From: a virus | Lineage: Duplodnaviria > Caudoviricetes | Virus record (IMG/VR): IMGVR_UViG_3300021185_000158 | Span: 1 to 24,164 of that record | Length of the DNA: 24,164 nt | Reading direction: 5' to 3' (one strand) | Shown: positions 18,687-24,164 of the stretch, in pieces | How positions within the stretch are numbered: the stretch's first letter is position 1 | Layout: each line of letters starts with the position of its first letter | The notes under the pieces: generated by a model | The model's database searches: none | Told to the model about the DNA's origin: nothing | The model's input: only the letters and a program-made list of their open reading frames with translations | Made by a program: the position numbers and the translations under genes

Positions 18687-18937
18687 GCTCTTGCCTTTTT
18701 AATTTTTTTCTTAGCTGACTTAGTGTTTGCAACAAATTGCTTTCCTGCTGCAGTACCTTCTCTCTTCTTCCTAGTAGTAGCGGCGTGTTCAGCTGGTGTG
18801 AGACTTCCCACAGCTTTAGCTGGCATATAACGCTCTCCAGTCGCCAACGGGCCTTGTCTAGAAGGTTTTCCACTTTTAGTTCTCCACTTTTGTTTTGTCC
18901 ATTTTTTTAACGATTGTGCTTGTGAAGATAAACTCAT
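18683..18937 (-). CDS. Basic protein, C-terminal half of a DUF5872-like protein
   Basis: 84 aa: QSLKKWTKQKWRTKSG...ERYMP...TTRKKREG...GKQFVANT. ATGA overlaps on both sides. Confidence 0.75.
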   Translation of the reverse strand: MSLSSQAQSLKKWTKQKWRTKSGKPSRQGPLATGERYMPAKAVGSLTPAEHAATTRKKREGTAAGKQFVANTKSAKKKIKKARA

Positions 18938-19155
18938 GAAGTATAACCTCCACCTTTAGCTTTATATTCTTTAGCTACCATTTGCATTTTCCTAGCGCTG
19001 TTCTGCCCAGGCTTACCGCCTTTACTACCTGCTAGTATTCTATTATAAATACTTTTACGTAGTCCTGGCTTTGTGTAATTACCCGCGCTATTAACAGTAC
19101 TCTTACCATCAGATGCATACATTGGTTTTGCTAGTGGACCTAATTTCTTTTTCAT
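18934..19155 (-). CDS. Basic protein, N-terminal half of a DUF5872-like protein
   Basis: 73 aa: NYTKPGLRK...GSKGGKPGQNSARKMQMVAKEYKAKGGGY. Confidence 0.75.
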   Translation of the reverse strand: MKKKLGPLAKPMYASDGKSTVNSAGNYTKPGLRKSIYNRILAGSKGGKPGQNSARKMQMVAKEYKAKGGGYTS

Positions 19156-19547
19156 TTAGTTATCCCCTTTTGCTTTTCATATGTACGTAAACCGCCAATC
19201 CCAAGCATACCACCAAGCACAGTCATAAGGCTTGTCATGTCAAACTCTGGTAATGCGGGTATCTGTAAACCGTAGGCTGTGACTGCAAATAAAATAATTG
19301 GTTGTAAAACAAAGTGATATGCAAACGCAACACCACACACCCAACCAATAAAAGGTCTCCAGCCGCCTTTAAAAAGACTTCCACTAGCCGCTTCAGCTTT
19401 GTTTACTTCAATCTGAGCAAGTGCTAACTGTTGTCCATGCTTCTCACCCATAGTGGCAAGCTCATGCGCTATCCGTGCTTTTTCGTCTGCATCGGGTATA
19501 AACTTATCTAGTAGCCCTGTAACTGGGCCTATCAGTGCTTGTAACAT
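19152..19547 (-). CDS. Holin (3-TM, gene-transfer-agent-type family)
   Basis: 131 aa with LLDKFIPD, QIEVNKAEA, GWRPFIGWVCG and MLGIGGLRTYEK motifs and hydrophobic helices, close to the endolysin. Confidence 0.85.
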   Translation of the reverse strand: MLQALIGPVTGLLDKFIPDADEKARIAHELATMGEKHGQQLALAQIEVNKAEAASGSLFKGGWRPFIGWVCGVAFAYHFVLQPIILFAVTAYGLQIPALPEFDMTSLMTVLGGMLGIGGLRTYEKQKGITK

Positions 19548-19548
19548 A

Positions 19549-19740
19549 TTATATTCCCCATGAAAGTTTACATTTAAAACCTTCTACTTTATGATTAGGT
19601 AAAGTGTGTAAGTCTCTTTTCATTTCATCAACCCGCACCATGCACTCATCTAGTGTCTTATATGGTCCACGGGTGTCTACTGCTTCAAAGCAAGAGTTTG
19701 AACTAATTGTAAGACATACTAATACTATTGCTTCAAACAT
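19549..19740 (-). CDS. Small hypothetical protein, 4 Cys, hydrophobic N-terminus
   Basis: 63 aa with GGAG RBS: MFEAIVLVC...C...GPYKTLDEC...C. Confidence 0.75.
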   Translation of the reverse strand: MFEAIVLVCLTISSNSCFEAVDTRGPYKTLDECMVRVDEMKRDLHTLPNHKVEGFKCKLSWGI

Positions 19741-19750
19741 ATTTATCTCC

Positions 19751-20230
19751 TCATATCATTGCTGATGCTGTTGAATACATTACTGAAGCAGTAATAGCGG
19801 CTCCTCCGAATAAAATAGCTCCACATACTATAAGTATTGTTTTAACTATTTCTTCTATTTCTTTTTGTTTAATAAGTTTTTGTCGCCTTATTTCTGTAGC
19901 CGCTTCTTTAGCTTCCTGTATTCGTTTAGCACGTTCATTAATTATACTCTGCCATGTACCATGACCAAATCTAAAATCAATTAACTGCCTCATTTCATTC
20001 ATTTTTTCTTGTGCAAGCTTAGCATCAATAGTTTCTTGTGCTATGCTTTTAATCGCAAAAGGATCGTTTTGTTTATTATTTCTTTTTTGTTGTATTTGTC
20101 TTTCGCCCTCAAACAAGTTGTCGATATGCTCTGCGATGTCGCTAATGTCATTAGCAGTACCTATAATACTTTTAATTCCATCAACAGCACCTTTGACTAG
20201 AGCTATACCAGCCATTGTTTCTGCGATCAT
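19751..20230 (-). CDS. Coiled-coil protein with C-terminal transmembrane helix
   Basis: 159 aa with GGAG RBS. Charged helical body and an ILIVCGAILFGGAAITASVM TM segment. Confidence 0.8.
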   Translation of the reverse strand: MIAETMAGIALVKGAVDGIKSIIGTANDISDIAEHIDNLFEGERQIQQKRNNKQNDPFAIKSIAQETIDAKLAQEKMNEMRQLIDFRFGHGTWQSIINERAKRIQEAKEAATEIRRQKLIKQKEIEEIVKTILIVCGAILFGGAAITASVMYSTASAMI

Positions 20231-20243
20231 TTGTTGCTCCCGC

Positions 20244-20441
20244 TTATAGCTGAGTAATGAGCATTACACCTAGACCAATCATAGACATTGTAGAGAACAT
20301 TATCATTGCCTCTAGCCGCCATAAACGTTTGTCTAGGTTTTCAAGTTTTCCGTGTACCATTTCATAGCGTACTGCACACTCTTTCTCGTGAGCGTCTAGC
20401 TCCATCTGTACTTTAAGTTCTGGTTCTAGCGCCATCTTCAT
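20244..20441 (-). CDS. Small membrane-anchored coiled-coil protein (lysis-associated position)
   Basis: 65 aa. HEKECAVRY...LDKRLWRLE followed by a C-terminal TM segment; ATGA overlap. Confidence 0.75.
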   Translation of the reverse strand: MKMALEPELKVQMELDAHEKECAVRYEMVHGKLENLDKRLWRLEAMIMFSTMSMIGLGVMLITQL

Positions 20442-20974
20442 CCTGCGATTTCCATAAGGGTTAAAGTAGAACTAACTCTAGAGTGACTAGCGTTTTCAGT
20501 TGTTCTTTGTTCTCTATTCCAATAAAGGTCTTGAGAACTATTAAATCCGTGACCACCGTGTGCAGTGTAAGTTATTGCACTCGTAGTAGAGGGGGTGTCT
20601 AAAACAGTCATAGAAATGTTACTAATTAAACGATTGCTTACACCAGCACCCATTCCACCACCTGTTGCTTGTCTTCCGCTACCAAATGCGTCACCTAGTC
20701 CGATAGCAGTTGAGCCTCTTTTTAATAATGCCGCCGCACCAGCCGTCTGAACGCCAGTAGAAAGGTGCAAACTACAAAACACTAATATTTTACTTGAGCT
20801 ACTAAAAGGTGTAATCGTTGCAGACAAAATAGCCGCTGAGAAAACTCCTATGTTAAGACTTTCTGAACCAGCCGCTGTTTCTATGTCTTGAATAACCTGC
20901 AATACAGTACCAGAAGGAAGCCCAGCGGATGTCACTGCGGTAAGAGACTGATTGTTTAATTTTGTTAAACTCAT
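20438..20974 (-). CDS. Short tail-fibre/receptor-binding protein
   Basis: 178 aa with GTVLQV, ITPFSSSSKILV, DTPSTTSAITY and TLMEIAG. Paralogue of 20971-21531. Confidence 0.7.
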   Translation of the reverse strand: MSLTKLNNQSLTAVTSAGLPSGTVLQVIQDIETAAGSESLNIGVFSAAILSATITPFSSSSKILVFCSLHLSTGVQTAGAAALLKRGSTAIGLGDAFGSGRQATGGGMGAGVSNRLISNISMTVLDTPSTTSAITYTAHGGHGFNSSQDLYWNREQRTTENASHSRVSSTLTLMEIAG

Positions 20975-21531
20975 TGTGCAATCTCCATAACTGTGATGTT
21001 AGAAATACCTCTATGAATTAATGCACCATTTGTATTTACAGGTGTCCTGTTTATATAAGTGTAAGCACTAGCAGCATGAGTATTACCTGCTTGTATTTTG
21101 TAAGTAATAGCCGAAGTAGTTGCTGGCGCATCCATGAACGAGCCACTGCTGTTCATTTGATTGTAACCTGAGTTAGTGCCTTGAACTGAATTACAGGAAA
21201 ACCACACCTGACTCTGACTAGATAATATAGATGTATTAAGTCCAATTTGAGTACTATCCCGATATAGTTTTACAGCACTGTAACGTGAGCCTGTAGTGCC
21301 ATTGATTGCAGTCGAAGCTGAGATGTTAATGTCACATTTAACAAGTATCTTTGATGTTGTACTTGTAGGCGTAATAGACACACTCATTACATCGTCAAAA
21401 GACAATCCTATTATAACCTGGTCATCTAGTTTATCGAATGATTGCACTTGAATGATTGCACCAGCCATCACTGGTACACTTACACTACCAGCCGCATTCT
21501 GGATGGAGTCTACTTTTAATATACTTGTCAT
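20971..21531 (-). CDS. Short tail-fibre/receptor-binding protein
   Basis: 186 aa with MTSILKVDSIQ, GAIIQV, ITPTSTTSKILV, DAPATTSAITY and TVMEIAQ. Confidence 0.7.
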   Translation of the reverse strand: MTSILKVDSIQNAAGSVSVPVMAGAIIQVQSFDKLDDQVIIGLSFDDVMSVSITPTSTTSKILVKCDINISASTAINGTTGSRYSAVKLYRDSTQIGLNTSILSSQSQVWFSCNSVQGTNSGYNQMNSSGSFMDAPATTSAITYKIQAGNTHAASAYTYINRTPVNTNGALIHRGISNITVMEIAQ

Positions 21532-22151
21532 TACGCTATCCTCACTATTTCTAAAAATGTGACGTCAGCGGGTATAAGGGTACTTTCATTTGAACCAGTT
21601 GTTTCGTTAATATCTTTGGTAATAGTCCAAGCGCCGCCGCCATCTGTGTTTACCCAAGCTGTTAATCTTACTTTCATGCCTGTAGCTGTCGCTTTGAAGA
21701 TGGATGAATTCGACAATGTAACTCCTCCAATATCACCATTGCTCTCGTCTACGGGTCTACCCCCAGCGCCGAAAGTTGGCGTATCTAACAATGATGAAAA
21801 GTTATCGCTTGAAAATGTCACATAACTTGCAACATCTCGTAAAACTTCAGTTGTAGTTGTAGGGCTACTTAGACCAACAGAAAAGTGAATAATGTAAACA
21901 CCGTCGGAACTTCCAAATTGATATGAATTTGTTGAAGCATCCCAATTACCTAAAGTATCATAAACAACTGTTCCGTTTGATGCGAAGTTTACAAGTAAAT
22001 GACCAAGGTCTGTACCGTTGGTTTGTTTTGTAGTTAGCTTTACTCTAAAATATTCTTTGTTAGGCTCAGAAATACTGCCGCTAGAATTAATCGTCATAGC
22101 CGTAGTTCCGTTAGTATGCTGGAGGGTTTCCACTCCGATTATTGAAGCCAT
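21531..22151 (-). CDS. Short tail-fibre protein with C1q-like head
   Basis: 206 aa. TTAMTINSSG stem, then YFRV...YD..GNWD....Y.F...DGVYII, a C1q/TNF-like pattern. Confidence 0.65.
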   Translation of the reverse strand: MASIIGVETLQHTNGTTAMTINSSGSISEPNKEYFRVKLTTKQTNGTDLGHLLVNFASNGTVVYDTLGNWDASTNSYQFGSSDGVYIIHFSVGLSSPTTTTEVLRDVASYVTFSSDNFSSLLDTPTFGAGGRPVDESNGDIGGVTLSNSSIFKATATGMKVRLTAWVNTDGGGAWTITKDINETTGSNESTLIPADVTFLEIVRIA

Positions 22152-22160
22152 GTTATCCTC

Positions 22161-22679
22161 CTATCCTACTAAGTGACCATGAAATTGAGATTGCTGTGCA
22201 TAGACATCCATGGCTGATAAACAATGAACTGCAATTTCATCTCCGCTAGAACACAATAATGTCCACGTTGCGCTGAATGTTCTATCTGTCGTACTGTTAT
22301 CGCCAGTTTGAATTTTGAACCCATTACTCAATGCAGTTCCATTTCTGTGCAAAGTAAACGAGCCGTTACTATCGTTTTCCATCACATACAAACTAAACCC
22401 AAAGAGGTACACACCATCAACGGGGCAAGTGAATTTGTATGTGCTTTCATCAAAGTGACCACCTTGATTAAAGTAATCACCTGTACTCGCGTTTTTAAAT
22501 GTAAGTATTTGACCATCCGTATAATCGGTCCACGAAGCATCTTGTCCGTACGCACGAAAGGCTGGCAGTGTTGCTGAAGTAATTTTACCAGCAAAGCTAG
22601 CATTACCACTGCTATCAATCGTCATGGCTGTAGTTGAACCAGTTTTACTGGCTATTTCATTTACATATAATTTACTCAT
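22161..22679 (-). CDS. Short tail-fibre protein with C1q-like head
   Basis: 172 aa. PAFRA...FNQGGHFDESTYKFTCPVDGVYLF...GDEI...FHGHLVG is a clear C1q signature. Confidence 0.8.
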   Translation of the reverse strand: MSKLYVNEIASKTGSTTAMTIDSSGNASFAGKITSATLPAFRAYGQDASWTDYTDGQILTFKNASTGDYFNQGGHFDESTYKFTCPVDGVYLFGFSLYVMENDSNGSFTLHRNGTALSNGFKIQTGDNSTTDRTFSATWTLLCSSGDEIAVHCLSAMDVYAQQSQFHGHLVG

Positions 22680-23147
22680 CTAAGCCACCGTGAATGTGCC
22701 GTTAACAGTCAACTCTGCACTCAGTGTAAATGGTCCTGCTACTAAAGCGTTCTCACCACTGGCAATAGTTGTATCCACTGTCAGGCTGTTGGGGTTAACT
22801 CGAATGTTTGCCGCGCCACCACGACTAATTGTACTAGATAGCTTGTCAGTTGTAACTGAGTTATCTGTTGGTACTGTGCTATTACCTACTTCTCCGAGTG
22901 CAAGAATGTAGTCTATTGTATCTGAAGCTGAAAGATTCTCACTAAAGATAATGTTAGAACCACTCACACTATACGCATCTACAGGTGCTTGTGTTACACC
23001 GTTAACAGATACTATAAGTGATTCTGCATTGGCTGGTTTGAATGCCGCACTATTATAAGTGAGTGCATAAGTAGCTGTTGCAGAGGCTGTGAGTGAGCCT
23101 AGTTTTTTGAAGTCACCTGCAAGAGGTGCTTTACCTATATATGGCAT
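22680..23147 (-). CDS. Tail-fibre adaptor/connector-type protein
   Basis: 155 aa. MPYIGKAP, LIVSVNGVTQAP..AYSVSG and a C-terminal TIASGENALVAGP motif, common in marine phage fibre cassettes. Confidence 0.65.
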   Translation of the reverse strand: MPYIGKAPLAGDFKKLGSLTASATATYALTYNSAAFKPANAESLIVSVNGVTQAPVDAYSVSGSNIIFSENLSASDTIDYILALGEVGNSTVPTDNSVTTDKLSSTISRGGAANIRVNPNSLTVDTTIASGENALVAGPFTLSAELTVNGTFTVA

Positions 23148-23157
23148 TTATTCCTCC

Positions 23158-23412
23158 TTATGGTTTCGTAGGCCAAGTCACATTGTCTAGTGATGTAGCA
23201 CTGTCCGTGATGTCTCGTAGGGCTTGGCGATATGTTGTCATAGCATCAGACATTGTTACGTCTGAGTTACCGTAGAAATCTGTTTCAGCTAATTTGCTGT
23301 TTCTAACAACCCGCAAATAACCTAACTTTTCTTCGTCTGTTTGAGCAATCGGTGTCCAGTTGCTTGTTGTTTCTTCACCAGTTATTCCGTTAATGATTTT
23401 ACTTACTGCCAT
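23158..23412 (-). CDS. Tail-fibre assembly chaperone
   Basis: 84 aa: LRVVRNSKLAETD...YRQALRDIT...VTWPTKP. Confidence 0.85.
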   Translation of the reverse strand: MAVSKIINGITGEETTSNWTPIAQTDEEKLGYLRVVRNSKLAETDFYGNSDVTMSDAMTTYRQALRDITDSATSLDNVTWPTKP

Positions 23413-23419
23413 AATATAC

Positions 23420-24004
23420 CTACCTGTAAAGCACGTTTAATGTGCCCCCATCAAAATTAGTGCCACCTTCATCAACAATATTAATTCTGTCTAACGCTGC
23501 AGATAAACTTATTCTTGATATGGTTTGAAGAAACGAAGAGGTGCTACCAGCTTCAGAAAAACTCTTTACGTTTATACTCCATTCATTACTAGCTATTTTA
23601 AAACAATCTGCCCGAAAGTTATACTCTGCGTTATAAAAAGCAATTGGCACACCGCTAACCGAGGCATTTGTGTTGACGTAAAAATTACTGCTTTGGTTAT
23701 AAAAAACAGACAGTTTATAACCTGACGTTGTTAATCCGTTAGTGTCGCCTAGTTGAAATACGGCTTTATTTGTACCAGCGTTTCTATGAACACCTGCCCC
23801 AATAACCATTACCTCTTGAACACCAGATGGTATGCCTGTTATTGTATACGATGCAGCGCCATTTGTTGTAACAGGTGTCAAAGCTGTCCATTCACCAGCC
23901 CCTGTTACAGTTCCTGTAAACGCAAAGTTGTCGGCTAGGTCTAAGATTGTATTATCTACTGCATCTGTTTTAAGAGCAGGTGTGTCTATTTTACTTAGTG
24001 CCAT
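23420..24004 (-). CDS. Short tail-fibre/receptor-binding protein
   Basis: 194 aa with MALSKI, ILDLADNFAFTGTVTGAG, ITGIPSG and LDRINI...NFDGGTLNVLY. Followed by a chaperone gene. Confidence 0.7.
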   Translation of the reverse strand: MALSKIDTPALKTDAVDNTILDLADNFAFTGTVTGAGEWTALTPVTTNGAASYTITGIPSGVQEVMVIGAGVHRNAGTNKAVFQLGDTNGLTTSGYKLSVFYNQSSNFYVNTNASVSGVPIAFYNAEYNFRADCFKIASNEWSINVKSFSEAGSTSSFLQTISRISLSAALDRINIVDEGGTNFDGGTLNVLYR

Positions 24005-24143
24005 TTGTTTCTCCTACATAAACCATTCCAACTTCTTGTTTTCTAATAGGATTCCAACGCATCCAATTCCAAGGATGTTTAATTCCTTCATCATCCACCC
24101 AGGATTTACCTACACGGATTATTTTATTTTTATATTTCCACAT
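23991..24143 (-). CDS. 50-aa Trp-rich protein, possibly a truncated tail-associated gene
   Basis: Hand-translated: MWKYKNKIIRVGKSWVDDEGIKHPWNWMRWNPIRKQEVGMVYVGETNGTK. AGGAG RBS; overlaps the next gene by 14 nt. Confidence 0.75.
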   Translation of the reverse strand: MWKYKNKIIRVGKSWVDDEGIKHPWNWMRWNPIRKQEVGMVYVGETNGTK

Positions 24144-24152
24144 TGTGTGCTC

Positions 24153-24164
24153 CTATCGGGCGTT
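24153..24164 (-). CDS. Probable 3' end of an upstream tail protein gene (...NAR-stop)
   Basis: AAC GCC CGA TAG overlapping the next RBS. Only 4 codons are visible. Confidence 0.4.
   Translation of the reverse strand, partial: NAR

Larger units (their letters stand above)
1..24164 (-). mobile_element. Tailed dsDNA bacteriophage genome segment (podovirus-like virion, lysis and RNR region)
   Basis: Co-oriented, overlapping or abutting genes for endolysin, holin, tail-fibre proteins, a nozzle-like protein, ejection proteins and a phage-type class II RNR. No cellular housekeeping genes and no integrase in the window. Confidence 0.95.

Noticed and set aside
21570-21590. Intragenic CCCTTATA matches (here and near 11074-11082)
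   Set aside because: Only the 8-nt core matches, with no TAAWAC upstream or G-run downstream.
8061-22618. Alternative-frame minus-strand ORFs (8061-8243, 8659-9015, 16399-16641, 16981-17187, 18425-18652, 18673-18873, 22382-22618)
   Set aside because: Nested in or overlapping real genes. 18425-18652 inside the lysozyme was considered as an embedded spanin but has no convincing lipobox or RBS.
2125-23938. All plus-strand ORFs in the track (e.g. 15123-15632, 18166-18618)
   Set aside because: Antisense shadows of well-supported minus-strand genes, with no recognisable motifs.
24150-24164. AACGCCCGATAGGAG as a third promoter copy
   Set aside because: It lacks TTATA and is explained as ...NAR-stop codons plus an RBS.
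1-24164. Stop-codon reassignment, CRISPR array, tRNA, DGR or invertible cassette
   Set aside because: TAA, TAG and TGA all end genes at sensible junctions. There is no intergenic room for arrays or tRNAs, and I saw no reverse transcriptase, invertase or long near-identical repeat.

Overview
A 24-kb stretch of a tailed dsDNA phage genome, podovirus-like and probably marine. All real genes are on the minus strand and tightly packed. In transcription order (right to left): an array of short tail-fibre/receptor-binding genes with a chaperone; a lysis region (membrane proteins, 3-TM holin, split DUF5872-like pair, GH24 endolysin); a class II (B12-dependent) ribonucleotide reductase sitting inside the virion module; and a P22-like tail/ejection block (greatly enlarged gp10-like nozzle, 54-aa protein at the needle position, GNAT-like protein, gp7-like protein, further ejection proteins, one with a lysozyme-like domain). 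Next come a 1360-aa internal protein with an N-terminal staphylococcal-nuclease-like domain and a >528-aa ORF, absent from the ORF track, that runs off the left edge and may be a virion-packaged single-subunit RNA polymerase. The only two sizeable intergenic gaps share a T7-promoter-like motif (TAAWACSCCCTTATA-SGGG) and a near-identical ribosome-binding leader; one copy is nested inside a terminator hairpin. A GGxxGPLYAxxG-type peptide motif recurs in three separate proteins. Family assignments come from motif recognition by eye, not database searches.
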